A stretch of 63,610 nt of DNA, the filler included, from Dimorphilus gyrociliatus (lineage: Eukaryota; Animalia; Annelida): NCBI GenBank assembly GCA_904063045.1. It is 4 parts of 4 records of this genome, joined end to end, with 100 filler letters (N's around TTAATTAATTAA, not from the genome) between each part and the next. Parts side by side here need not be neighbours in the genome. Positions count along the whole stretch, not along the records: positions 1 to 29,711 come from CAJFCJ010000077.1; positions 29,812 to 37,538 come from CAJFCJ010000288.1; positions 37,639 to 50,064 come from CAJFCJ010000270.1; 1 more part is not named here. One strand, 5' to 3'. Within the stretch, counting starts at the first letter, position 1. Each line of letters begins with the position of its first letter. The position numbers and the translations under genes are program-made. Positions 27,500-39,549 of this stretch are shown here, piece by piece. Under the pieces are notes generated by a model, which saw only the letters and a list, made by a program, of their open reading frames with translations, was not told the DNA's origin and did no database searches.

Positions 27500-27677
27500 T
27501 TTCTAAACCTAAAAACCGAACCCAATTTATTAATGCTCTTTTTAGGTTATATGTAGGGTACAGACAACAGTATTGTAAGTGTAGGAATAAATTCAAACAA
27601 GTTTTAAAACTAACCATTTCCTAAAATGTTTTCAGGATTGGAAATATTTGCCAACAGGTACGTTTGTACCCGACCCC
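27500..27677 (-). mobile_element. Possible highly diverged relative of the MITE family
   Basis: Minus strand starts GGGGTCGG and contains GAAATGGTTAG as in family copies; the other end was not found. Confidence 0.3.
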
Positions 27678-28107
27678 ATATAAATATGCTCATTTATGAT
27701 AATATTGAGGATTAGCCAGAATTTGAAGTAAGAAGAGGATAAGAAATGTTGGACTATATGCATTATAATTTTTATACATTTTGAAATAATCAAGGGATTT
27801 TTATACTTTTGTTTCTTTGTTTAAATATGCTTTTGAACTGAAAGTTGGTCAAATAATAACTCTGTGTCACTGTAATCCACTTCAATACCTTTCTTTGGCT
27901 ATATTGATCAAAATATAAAAAGGAAGAAAACGGCTTGTAGAGATACATACGTTCATTTACCCATTAAATTCCAGTTTTGAAAAGAAGTATTGAATTTAAG
28001 TTGAACTGTGCTGATAGAGAAAAACACTGTTGATCTATTTTTGTGATTTTATGTTCATACAAGTTGAAGTAGACATTCTATTATTTCATAGATAGCTGAA
28101 AGCCAAT

Positions 28108-28285
28108 GGGGCTGACAGAAAAAGTCCCAATGCGAAATATTTGAAATTAACATTTCAGAATGAAAAATGGTTAAGAGGAACAAAGTAGCTATTGATTTGT
28201 AGTTAAAGGGGTTCCATCTAAGGATTAGGGGTAATCAAAAAGGTTAAGGAGAGACAAGGGCTAGATTAGGGGTAGGGTAAAACCC
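28108..28285 (+). mobile_element. MITE copy 6, lacking the right TIR
   Basis: GGGGCTGACAGAAAAAGTCCC followed by the family internal sequence, ending at GGGTAGGGTAAAACC. Confidence 0.8.
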
Positions 28286-28440
28286 AACTTTATTTAATGA
28301 TAGCCTAGCAAATTCCCTAAATTTTTAAAAAAAGTAATAAAACAGAAATCAACTGTTCCCAAACACTAAAAAAAAGGATACTAACAAGTATAGTGATTCA
28401 GTAAATTTCTTCAAACTACACCATAATAAACCATGATTTA

Positions 28441-29290
28441 TTAATTATTGCTTAAAAATTGTTCAAGTGTTTTAGGAAAAAGAATGTCATTGATATTCAT
28501 CAGATTACATCTTTGATGGTCTCTTATAACCATTTCACTTGGATAATTTTTGCAATTTACTTTAATTATTGAGAAAGTCTCATCTTGAACATTTTGATCA
28601 AAAAAACTTATACTTTTGATTAGTTGCTTCTCCAAGAAGTCCACCTGATGACTTGTGGGAATTTAGATTGTTGATATACACATCTAGATATTCACCAGTC
28701 AAGATTTTTTTTGATTTCCTTTTCAACAAAACTACTCTCATTAAGTTTTGCATCATTTCTTTGTTGTTACCTCATCACGTTATACAATACCATCATCTAG
28801 CAATGTTACAGTGACAGTGGCCGTACCAGAACTAGTAATATTTAAAGTTGGGGTTTTAACAAAATTAAAATCAGGATTGATTGATGCTAAACTTTAAAAA
28901 GAGAAAAATTGTTGATGTTGAATACAGGGAAATTCTAAAAAAATATATTCTTACCTGCAAGTTAGTGGCAAAAAACCAGTAGTTATTTCAATTTCTCTTA
29001 GAAAGGAGGATTTCCCAAAACTCTGGAGGATGATGGTACAAGAGTATCTACTTTTTCAATATATAAAATGTTAAAAATAAGTTTATTTTTAAGAGGTAAT
29101 TTATTCTATTATTTAGAATATTGAAATTTTGTCTTTTTTTCTTCAGATTGAAATTATTCACTTATAGTTCCTTTTTAGTTGGGATTTGTTTGGGTTTTTT
29201 TTATTGATTTTGTCAAAATACCGAAACAGAATTCTGACACTTCACGAGTTCCAATTGTTTTTGGGAAGCAGACATAGAAAAATTAGAAAA
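28441..29290 (-). CDS. Possible ITIH C-terminal-like domain exons (partial, frameshifted)
   Basis: Fragments EVSEFCFGI, GKSSFLREIEIT and YLDVYINNLNSHKSSGGLLG..Q..C resemble the inter-alpha-inhibitor heavy-chain C-terminus; a T7 run at ~28600 shifts the frame. Confidence 0.35.
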
Positions 29291-29711
29291 AAGCATTAGA
29301 ATTACCTACTTAAAAAAAATTATACTGCTCATTTTAAAAATTTCCATTTTTGCTGCTTTAAAAGAATCACTACTGGCTCTGAGAGGGAATGAAATCTTTT
29401 AATATATAGACTTCTTTATTTGAAAATGCATAAAAGGTATAATGGATATAGGTTAACAGTGATATAGTGGTAGTTTTGAAAACTGCTTTTGAAAAAGTCC
29501 ATTGACTGTAGAAGCAATTTTCAAAATATAATTTTTGGCTAAGAACTTGATTGCCTATTGAATTTAGCTTTGTGAACATAATTCTTATATTTTTTTCGAT
29601 TAAATGAAGTTCCAGTCTTCAAGATTTTATATTAGCTTTTTCATTAGTAATTAGTAGTAATTAATTATTATTATTAAAGTATAATTCAAAATGGTCAAAT
29701 ATACAATCCAC

Positions 29712-29811
29712 NNNNNNNNNNNNNNNNNNNNNNNNNNNNNNNNNNNNNNNNNNNNTTAATTAATTAANNNNNNNNNNNNNNNNNNNNNNNNNNNNNNNNN
29801 NNNNNNNNNNN
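29712..29811. other. Artificial contig linker
   Basis: N44-TTAATTAATTAA-N44 (stops in all six frames). Confidence 0.98.
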
Positions 29812-29838
29812 TTTAAGTAAAATCAAAACATCATAAAA

Positions 29839-31432
29839 ATGGATCAAATGGAAAAGATAAAATCTGTGATAAAGCCAATGGAATGTCTCGAGCAAATATT
29901 CAAAGAGAATGTACCAATTGGTTTAAGAAGAGCTATAACAGTAACATATGGTACTCGTGGCTATAGGCAAAAAAGTGAACAACTCTGTAATATTTTAAGT
30001 AGAGTTACACTAATGTGTTGTATTTTGAGCAGTAAGTCTCAAAAATTTATAGGAATTTATTTAACAGCATCATATGATCATGAAGAAGTCAATTTAATAA
30101 AATTGGTTGATCAACATGGTAACATCTTTGATCAAGAACTTCAAGACATTTGTGATGATATTGTTAATTCGAATGACGAAGATCTAAAAAAAAATACGTT
30201 GAATTACTTGCAGGATCATCTAATGAAGGGAGATCCCAAATATTAGTAGGTCATGATACTCGATATTCTTCCAAAGGGTTAGTTAATATAATAAATAATT
30301 ATTGTAAGTTGTTTGGTGCTAAATACCATTGTTATAACGTTGTCTCTATTCCTATGTTACATTATCTTGTGAGAGAAAGTAATCAGAAGGGGAAAATAGT
30401 TGATGTAAATTTTTATCTTATGGAATGGAGGAGACTTTATGATGAACGAAGAGTCCTCTATGGTGAAATGAACAAAGTAGACTTCGATACATCAAATGGT
30501 GTTGGTGATATTATATTGGATATGATAATGGGCAATTGTAGTAGCTTTTCGTATAAAAAAAATCTGAATATAGAAGAAAATTATAAAGAGGAGAATTATC
30601 AATTTAGGATACTAAAAACCATCGGAATATTAAATTATAATTATGCTGCTCAATTTATAAAAAAGAATAAAGATAATAATTCAAACATCTAAATTTTATA
30701 GTAGGCTTTGATGGAGATCTAGACAGAATAATAATCCTTACTCGAGGTAGATTAATAGATGGTGATGATATGTTAGTAACAATTGCTTATGACATAACTC
30801 ACACGTTAAGTGATGCCGGCCTTGATTTTGAAGTAGGTGCTGTAGTATCAGATTATTCAAATACTGCGACCATAAGATGCTTAAAAAGAAGAATAAGTGT
30901 ATCAACTGCTAAAACAGGAATGGGAAATCTCGCAGATAAAGCTTCAAAATATGATGTTGGCGTTTATTTTGAACCTAATGGTTATGGTGGTGCTATTTTT
31001 AATGAAAAAGTTGTAAAAAAATTAAAAGAAAGAGTTTTAACTGAGAAAGATTATCAAAGATTGAATAGTTTAAAAAAATTGATTTTTTATGCTAACGTTT
31101 TTGATGCACCTATTGGGGATCCTTTGAGAAACTTTCTAGTTTTTGCCGATTTAAATTTTGTACATTATGAACGTTATATTTCAAAACAAGTAAATGTCAA
31201 AACAAATAATAAATCTATTATAAAATTAGAGGGAAATGAAATTATAGAACCATTGATCCTAAAAAATAAAATTTCTAAGATTAGGAAAAAGTTTGATGGA
31301 AAGATATTTATAAGACCATCCAGAACTCAGGAGGTGATAAGATTATATCTAGATGGACCAACAGAGAAAGAAACAGACGAAGCTACTAAAACATTAGAAA
31401 ATTTAATAGATCAAATTGCAAATAATCAATGA
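29839..31432 (+). CDS. PGM3: Phosphoacetylglucosamine mutase (PAGM), split by two -1 frameshifts
   Basis: YGTRGYR, GIYLTASYD, [P]KILVGHDTRYSS, PMLHYLVR, GFDGDLDRI, GVYFEPNGYG and FIRPSRTQEVIRLY are colinear with PGM3/PCM1; frames rejoin by adding one base at ~30240 and ~30681. Confidence 0.88.
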
Positions 31433-32497
31433 CATTGACAGTTTATTTAATAAATCTTTTTAAAAACTTTTTATAAATAAATTTTAACATTCTAATGACT
31501 CTCCTAATAGGTGATAATAAATCTTATTTCAGCTTGAGAAATAGCTACTACAGTTATAAGAGAATTAATTGAAAACTCAATAAAATAGAAAAAAAAATCT
31601 TTTGTATTGAAATAAGTTCTTATAACTATAAAGCTTTAACACAAGAGTATAAAAAAATAGCTAAGAATAAATAATTTGTATTTTTTTACAGTCTATTAAA
31701 AATTATAGATTATTGTTTTATAGTATAAAATTAATTGATTATAATACAAAAACCAGCTATAATTCCCATTAACTGAATATTTACCTTTTACTCTTATTAT
31801 AACATGAAGAAAGAGTCCAAAACACAAAGAAAGTAAAATGTTGATTTCATTATTAATTTGAGTTTTTTTTGAAATAAAGAAAGTAATCGGTTAAGACTTT
31901 ATATTGTTTCTTTTTAAGAATTAATTAAGAATAGATGAAATGTTCTCTCATTGTTTTTTGACTCTGAAATAAATTTATCTAATTTTTACTTTTCATGATA
32001 ATAAGTTGTACTGATAGCATAAAAACAATCCTTTAAACATTTTCTAGTACATTCAATTAACTGATTTAATTAAAACTTTAATGAGGATTTTTATTATCAA
32101 ATCAGTAATTTTATTATTTCTATTTGAGCACCCCAATAATTAAAAAGTCGAGTATTTTAATATAAAACGTTAAATTAGAAAGATTTTAAGTTAAAATATC
32201 TGTCACTAAATTATCAGAAAGAGCGTTATATTCTTCTAACATAAAAAACCTATAACCCCCTGTTTTTGTTCTTTGTAGAGACCGATGGCTTATTTAATTA
32301 AGATTTCGATATCTTAACTGCTTCTAAAATATTCAAATTAAATGTATTCTGGTTGTAATATAAATATAATATGATGGATTCTTTGTTTTTGACCCCATTT
32401 CTACTATATCTGCTGATAAATAATTTTTTATTTTTTTTAGTAATTATTTTTTTTAAAAGTAAATAAAATTTCCTTTTTAAAGATTTTATTAATAAAG

Positions 32498-33361
32498 TTA
32501 ATTTTTATTAAACCATTTCTCTTTGATCTTTTTTACTACTTTATACTTCTCAAATCTTTCAATAAATTTACTCACCATTTGATTACTTAACGTCTCCCAA
32601 TACTTCATAGCTATTCTGATTTCATTTTTATATTCTTCTATTTCACTCTGTACTTCCTTTTCAAACGTTTTCAACCGCTTTTTGAGTTTAATTTTATTTC
32701 TAACTATAAATCCCAGATTGAGATCTTCTGCAGTTACACCTCTTTCTAAGTTTCTACGTACAAAGAAATCGTACTCTCTTATCAACTTAGTTATTAAATC
32801 AGACGTAGAAATTCCAATAGTTCTCTTTGTTGGAATAAATCTATTCACTTTTTTTAAAGGTTGGTAAATATCTTCCACTTTTGAATCACTACTATCATTT
32901 GCTGCATAAGGCGCATCATCGTGTGCTACATAGTCTATTTTATGTTTTTCGAGAAACTCTGGTGTTATTTGCCAAGGTATATCTTCTATGACTTCATCTA
33001 CGTATTTACAATGTCTTAAACTTTCTGCTCTCTCTTTTTCGTCAAAGACTGTTAAGCCTTTATATTTGTGAGTAAGATAATCGTTTGCTACACCAACTAT
33101 TAAATAAACATCTGGAAAGAGATTTTTAGCTTGTTCTAGACTTTTTGCATGGCCGTAATGAAACAAGTCATATACACCATCACAATATATTCTAGTCTTT
33201 CTGTTTTTGGGTATTTTATAGCTCTTTAGAGCTGAGTTTGGTTCTTCTAATTCAAAAAAAGAATCTTTTGGATACTTTGGCTTCATATATTTATGTCCAC
33301 CGGAAAATTTAAGCTCCTGGAATCCTTCTTTTTTTTCAGATTTCATTTGTTTGTTTGACAT
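32498..33361 (-). CDS. PCYT1: Choline-phosphate cytidylyltransferase
   Basis: [15 protein letters not shown] (HxGH), [28 protein letters not shown] and [11 protein letters not shown] motifs; intact, intronless, CCC motif before the ATG. Confidence 0.95.
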   Translation of the reverse strand: MSNKQMKSEKKEGFQELKFSGGHKYMKPKYPKDSFFELEEPNSALKSYKIPKNRKTRIYCDGVYDLFHYGHAKSLEQAKNLFPDVYLIVGVANDYLTHKYKGLTVFDEKERAESLRHCKYVDEVIEDIPWQITPEFLEKHKIDYVAHDDAPYAANDSSDSKVEDIYQPLKKVNRFIPTKRTIGISTSDLITKLIREYDFFVRRNLERGVTAEDLNLGFIVRNKIKLKKRLKTFEKEVQSEIEEYKNEIRIAMKYWETLSNQMVSKFIERFEKYKVVKKIKEKWFNKN

Positions 33362-33737
33362 TTGGAGGGGTTTTAACCTTTATGTTTCAAAATAAAATAA
33401 AGTAAAAGATTGCTTAAAACACGTGTTTAGCATTTTTAGCAAATAAAATTTATTTATTTAATTCACTTGGGTGTTTTTATACTTTTAAATTAATTTATTC
33501 AACTTTTAGGCGAGAGTTTATTGAATAAGAAAGTTGAAATCTATTAAATTTAAATATTTTATAATTATTCAAAAGTTGTAAATTTATGGAAATTTTCTTT
33601 AAATTTGAGTTATATATTTTTCTATTTATATACAAAAATATATTCAATAAGAAATTTATAAATAGTTATAATTTTAGAAATAAATTTTAATAAAAAGCGT
33701 ATAAAAAATTTCTCTTAGAACGTTTTTATACTTTCAT

Positions 33738-35100
33738 TTAAGCAGAACTTGGATTATATGCTTCTCTTAAACTTGTAAATGTTCTTTGAATAATTTGTAA
33801 GCCGTCTATACCAACCTTTAGTTCTGAATATGTGTTAGCATCGGATAGCACTCTTTCTGATGGATAAGACTCTTTTATAGTATTACAAACTGTACCTATA
33901 TCTTCAACTTCTTTATCAGATTCTAGGTCAAGTCCATAAGCACCTGTATAAGTTGGATATTTCGATTCTATAAAAAATATAGTTTCTAATAGCTTTTCAT
34001 TATCTTTGTATGCTTTAAATTTACTGCTATTGATATAATTAAAGAATGGATAGTAGTCATGTGTTTCAAATATTATAGCATTAATCGTAGAGTAAAACTT
34101 TCTTAATTTAATGTCGCCTGTAATTTCATCATAGTTGGTGCTGCTCTCTTTACACATTTCTTTAGTAGGAAAGAGAAATCTTATCAACCTCTGAGACTTA
34201 TTTTGTAATTCAATTTGTGTTGTAAAATCGTTTCTAAAATTATCTGTCCATTTTTATACCAATTTATTAAAAATGTGTTCTTGTCGATACTGTTACTAAT
34301 TTTATTAGCAGAGTAATTTTGTAAATAGGTAGGTGGGTAAGTCATATATGATAAGGTATCCATCTGTTTAAAAACTTTGTAAATATCATCACTTATACCA
34401 GTGGGTGATATTATAGAATATAAATTATCATCAGTCGGACAAACAGGACATTTTATTTTAGCGTTTTTAATCCATAGAAGTAATGGAGATAGTCCCTCTG
34501 AACACTCTTGTGCATGGATATGATGACCACATTTAAGTCCAATCTTGAAGTCTTCATCTTTAAAGTCTTCTCTACAAACAAAGCATGTTTTTATATAAAC
34601 GTTTGCTTTATTAATATTAGAAATAATGTTAATACTTTGTGGAAATGTTTTTGGAAAATTAACAGACTTGATTATTCTATTGGTAGGTAAATTTAAACCA
34701 GTTGGGAAATCAACTGTTGGTGAAGATATTTTTGTGTAAAATCTTGTAATTTTTTCATGAACTTCGTTTATTTCTTGAATATTTCTAAAGAATTTAAATA
34801 TTTGTAAATAGATGTAAATTCTATCATTGAACTGTGTAATTGTATGTTTATCGTCCTCACTAAGCTCTAAATCGTTCAATTTTTGCATAAGTTCTTGTAT
34901 TTTATCTATACTTTCGTTTATTTTAGATGTTAAACTATCGATTTCTGGAGAGAGTGATTGTATATCTTTTTGTCTTCTTTCAGATATTTTTTCTCAGATA
35001 TTATCTATTTTAAGTGCAGTTTGTAATAAACTATTTGTATTGGATTGATTTAACAAATTATTAACTTTAAAAAATTTAAAATAATCATGGTCTAAGAAAA
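33738..35100 (-). CDS. RING-finger protein (one gene broken by a -1 frameshift and an in-frame TGA)
   Basis: CFVC...CGHHIHAQEC...CPVC RING-H2 pattern; adding one A in TATAAAAATGG (~34250) joins the 34184 and 33738 ORFs; the frame extends upstream of 34888 through a TGA at 34994-34996. Confidence 0.65.
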
Positions 35101-35759
35101 AATATCCTATTTATATAAAAATCAAATAAGGAAATTTTACTTTTCTTAAATGAAATCCAAAATATAAAGATTTATTGTACTTTTGATAAGATAAATTTAT
35201 ATCTTCTAAATATAGTAGTTTATATTTTTATAAAATATTTTTAATTCTTTTTTAATGAATAAATATTTCCTGTTATAAATAAAATGATTTTTAAACAAAA
35301 ATTTAATGTGATATATATTTTAAATGGCTAACCTATTTAGAAAATTTACGTCAATATTTTAAAATTTTCAAACAGAAGGCTTTAAGACTTGTATTGTTAA
35401 AAATCAAGTATAAAATCAAGTATACTTGAATAATAAGAATAATATCTAAAATTTAATAAATTCTAGCGATTCATCAATCACTGATTTATAAGAAAAGAAC
35501 AACAAATAAGAATTTTAGTTTAATATTCAAATATATTCAAATGATATTAAAAAAACAATTTTTCAATTATTTATGATTTAAGATACATTCAAATATTAAA
35601 AACACGTATTCATAAAAATTTTAAAAAGAGTTTTATATTCAATTATATATAATTTTAACATTTAAATATTCTCTATAAGCCTATTAAATTTACAAAAAAA
35701 AGATCTAAAAATTTTGATAAGGGTTTTATTACAATAATAAATAATCTTTACCCCTATAA

Positions 35760-36295
35760 ATGGTAGTAGTAATAATAGGACCACCTGGGTGTGGAAAGGG
35801 AACACAGTCACAATTATTAACAGATAAGTTTAAAAGTATTCACATTTCAGCAGGTGATTTATTAAGAGCCTCAAAAGACCCTGAAGTACGCAAAACAATA
35901 GGGAACGGTAACCTAGCAGACTCTAATGTCGTCTACAAAGTTGTAAAGAAAGAGATAGACTCTTACAAAGATAAACTAATCATATTAGATGGATATCCTA
36001 GAAATATTGAACAGAACGATCTTTTTAAGAACGAAAATATAGAATATTAGTATTTCTTAACCTTGATAAAGATACATGTGTTGAAAGAATGCTTAACAGA
36101 AAAGATGGAAGAAATGATGATGTTGCAGATAAAATAGAAAAAAGATTTAAAGTTTACGAGAATGAGACAAAACCTGTAATAGAATATTATAAAAATAACA
36201 AAAATAGTATTTTTGTAGAAATTGATGGAATAGGTTCAATTGATGAAGTTCAGAAGAGATTTTGTGAGGTTTTTTATAGAAAATTAAAAAAATAA
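35760..36295 (+). CDS. adk: Adenylate kinase, split by a -1 frameshift
   Basis: GPPGCGKGTQ P-loop, HISAGDLLR, ILDGYPRN and GRNDD..RF.VY..ET.PVIEYY; adding one A in GAAAAT (~36035) gives a continuous ORF. Confidence 0.92.
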
Positions 36296-36332
36296 TTTTA
36301 AATAAACGTTTTTAGAAATTTAAAAATTTATT

Positions 36333-36540
36333 TATATTAAATTGATAAATACTGTATTTTTATATTAAATTGATAAATACTGTATTTTTATATTAAATTA
36401 ATAAATACTGTATTTTTATATTAAATTGATAAATACTGTATTTTTATATTAAATTAATAAATACTGTATTTATATTAAATTGATAATACTGTATTTTTAT
36501 ATTAATATCATATTAAATTAATAAATACTTATTTTTATAT
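36333..36540. repeat. ~29-bp minisatellite, about 7 copies
   Basis: Unit TATATTAAATT(G/A)ATAAATACTGTATTTT repeated head-to-tail with no unique spacers. Confidence 0.9.
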
Positions 36541-36557
36541 TATTTTGTATAAATTTG

Positions 36558-37535
36558 GGCTAAAGTACCAATCTGTTCTACCCATTGGTGTGTGTCAAAA
36601 AAAAAAATTTAACCCTTGTTTATTTTTACAAAAAAACAATTAACAAATCAAAAATTTTAATAAAACCTCGAAATAATTGTCTGAAAACCATCTTTTTATC
36701 ATAAACTTTGATAATTATGGTAAAATCTCAGTGAATTTTCTACAATGATTAGGTACTTCAGTTTTAATAGTCCTCCAATTCCCCTCAATTGTGTTTGTGT
36801 GAGCTCCTGTTATAGGATCTTTATAGTTCTGCTTATGATTGACAGTATAATGTTTGTAATTTTCTTTGGTGTTACTGTATCCTTTCCAAAGATCAGTATT
36901 TACAACAGATCCTGATTTGACATATGGATCAAATATTGTGTTCATAGTGATACTGTCCCTTTTAACTACTGGAACTAGTATGATTTTTCTTTGCTCCGTT
37001 TTTTCTACTAAACCAACCACCCATACACCTTCTACAGTCCTACCTACATTGTACTTAGTTCTCCCAAATTTAGATTCGTCAGCTTCAATTACAACACCTT
37101 CACCTCCAATCTTCCCAAATGCTTTTAGATAAAATTTTTCCATTTTAGGTAGAAATAACTTAATAAATTTATGTATGGTTTTTTTATTTGAACCTGATAT
37201 CTCTATGATTTGATCTATGTTATAATTACGCAACCATAACCATATTACTTTAAAAAACAGCAGGTAATTTGTTCTATAAAAAATAGTATTTTTAAATACA
37301 CCATTTTCCTTCCTACATGAACGTGTTTTACACTTATATGTAAAGTTAAGGTTGTTTTTTAGTGTAATAGATACACTACCATTACATAATTCACAATATC
37401 TTGGGGAATTTTGGGACAATAAACTCTTTAATAAGGTTTTTAATGTTTCATTATTCAAAAAATTATTCATTTTACAAGGGTTAAATTTTTTTTTTTGACA
37501 CACACCAATGGGTAGAACAGATTGGTACTCCAGCC
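36558..37535 (-). mobile_element. Merlin (IS1595/ISXO2-like) DNA transposon, complete, 62-bp TIRs
   Basis: TIRs 36558-36619 and 37474-37535 (GGCT..AGTACCAATCTGTTCTACCCATTGGTGTGTGTC...AACCCTTGT). Transposase from ATG 37470 has a Zn ribbon and DDE (IEADESKF, NTDLWKGY, TNTIEGNW). Premature TAA at 36715 with in-frame continuation to ~36633. TSD cannot be tested (contig end). Confidence 0.92.
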
Positions 37536-37538
37536 AAA

Positions 37539-37638
37539 NNNNNNNNNNNNNNNNNNNNNNNNNNNNNNNNNNNNNNNNNNNNTTAATTAATTAANNNNNN
37601 NNNNNNNNNNNNNNNNNNNNNNNNNNNNNNNNNNNNNN
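37539..37638. other. Artificial contig linker
   Basis: N44-TTAATTAATTAA-N44. Confidence 0.98.
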
Positions 37639-38722
37639 TTTTTTTAATTTCATTTTCATTTAATAATTTATTATTAATAAAAACATCATTAAAATTATAA
37701 ACTTCAGCCATAATAAAATTCTTACTAAAATCAGTATGAATAACACCAGCAGCTTCAACAGCACTAGTACCTTTTTTTATTAACCAACTTTTAACTTCAT
37801 CTTTACCAACAGTATAAAATCTAATTAAATTTAAATAATTAAAACCAATCAAAGGAATTTTAGGATTATAAATTTTAGAAGAGAACAAGACAATATTATT
37901 ATTACTATTATTCTCTATTAATTTATTATCTACTCTATTAGAATTATTAGAATTATTAATGTTTTTATTATTCTCTATTAATTTATTATCTACTCTATTA
38001 GAACTATTATTATCTACTCTATTAGAATTATTATTAGAACTATTTTTATTATTTTTTAATCTTAAAATTAATTTTTTAACTTCTTTTGAAACTTTCCTAT
38101 CCAAGTAATCATTTTCATTAATATTTAATAAATAAACAACTTTCTTGTTACTCAAAAGTTTGAATTCTTCCAAATTCTTTTTTTCTTCTCTACTAAATCT
38201 TTCATCATTAAAATTAATTATTTCATTGTCATTCTCTTCTATAAATTTTATAACTTTATTTATAAAAACTTCATCTTTACTATTTTTTCTTTTTTCTTTC
38301 ATTCTTTTAAGTATTTCTAAATCTTTTAACTTGAGTTCATCACTAACTACCTTTATATCACTAAATGGATCAGTTCCTACTCTTACAACACTTTCATCAT
38401 CAAAACATCTTACTATATGAAAAATAAGATCTACTTCTCTTATACTACTTAAGAATTGATTACCAAGTCCTACATTTTCATTAGCACCTTCTACCAATCC
38501 TGCTATGTCTATTATGTTTATAAAACTAGGTGTAAGTTTTAATGGGTTGTATTGTTTACTTAGAATTGTCAGTGTTGTATCATCTAGCTTAAATTTGGAG
38601 TGGGATGGACTTATTGTACAGAATGGGTAGTTGTGAGCAGGTACGGACAGCTTTGTTAGGGTGTTGAAGAGAGTTGACTTTCCTGTGTTTGGGAGACCCA
38701 CTAAACCAATTGAAAGAGACAT
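37639..38722 (-). CDS. OLA1: Obg-like ATPase OLA1/YchF, 3'-truncated by contig end
   Basis: GLVGLPNTGKSTLFN, NYPFCTI, DIAGLVEGA, GLGNQFLSSIR, NINE and TGS-domain FYTVGKDEVKSW...AAGVIHTDF. Confidence 0.95.
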
Positions 38723-38752
38723 TTGGGGTAAAGAATTATTTTATATAAAAAA

Positions 38753-39230
38753 ATAAGAGTTGTATTAAATTAGTATAAGAGTTGTATTAAATTAGTATAA
38801 GAGAGTTATAAATTAGTATAAGAGAGTTATAAATTAGTATAAGAGATTTGTATTAAATTAGTATAAGAGATTTGTATTAAATTAGTATAAGAGATTTGTA
38901 TTAAATTAGTATAAGAGAGTTATAAATTAGTATAAGAGAGTTATAAATTAGTATAAGAGAGTTATAAATTAGTATAAGAGATTTGTATTAAATTAGTATA
39001 AGAGAGTTATAAATTAGTATAAGAGATTTGTATTAAATTAGTATAAGAGAGATATAAGAGAGTTATAAGAGAGTTATAAAGATAGTTATAAAAGATATAT
39101 AAGAGAGTTATAAGAGATATATAAGAGATATATAAGAGAGTTATAAGAGATATATAAGAGATATATAAATTAGTATAAGAGAGTTATAAAGAGAGTTATA
39201 AAGAGAGTTATAAGAGAGTTATAAATTAGT
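38753..39230. repeat. 21-24-bp minisatellite (~13 copies) decaying into TATAAGAGA repeats
   Basis: Core AAATTAGTATAAGAG with alternating TTAT / TTTGTATT linkers. Confidence 0.9.
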
Positions 39231-39549
39231 ATATTAGTATATTAGTATAAGAGTTGTATTAATTTAGTATATAATAGTATATTAGTATAAGAGTTATATT
39301 TGTATTAAATTAATATAAGTTAATTTATAATATAAATGTATACTAATATAAGATTATATTAATTTAATATAAATCTATATTAATATAACTGTATTAATTT
39401 ATAGTATAAATGTATATTAATTTAGTATAACTGTATACTAATATAAGATTATATTAATTTAATATATTATAATTTAGTATACAGTTATATTTGTATTAAA
39501 TTAGTGTAACTAAAAATATTCTATAAAAAAAACCCCCTTTATTTTACAA

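Noticed and set aside
26490-27617. ORFs 26490-26711, 26849-27034 and 27411-27617
   Set aside because: No recognisable domain; 26849-27034 runs into a MITE and 27411-27617 overlaps a probable repeat.
34994-34996. In-frame TGA in the RING gene as selenocysteine or readthrough
   Set aside because: Single case in an error-prone contig, no SECIS seen; a substitution error or real truncation is simpler.
30240-36090. Alternative genetic code or stop readthrough in the microsporidian genes
   Set aside because: The downstream halves are in different frames, so these are indels rather than reassigned stops; PCYT1 and OLA1 are uninterrupted.
37583-37638. ORF-track C-termini ending ...XXXLIN (OLA1, and 49890-50120)
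   Set aside because: These ORFs read through Ns into the artificial TTAATTAATTAA linker; not biological.
36333-39230. Regularly spaced repeats as a CRISPR array
   Set aside because: Units are head-to-tail with no unique spacers, there are no cas genes, and the context is eukaryotic.
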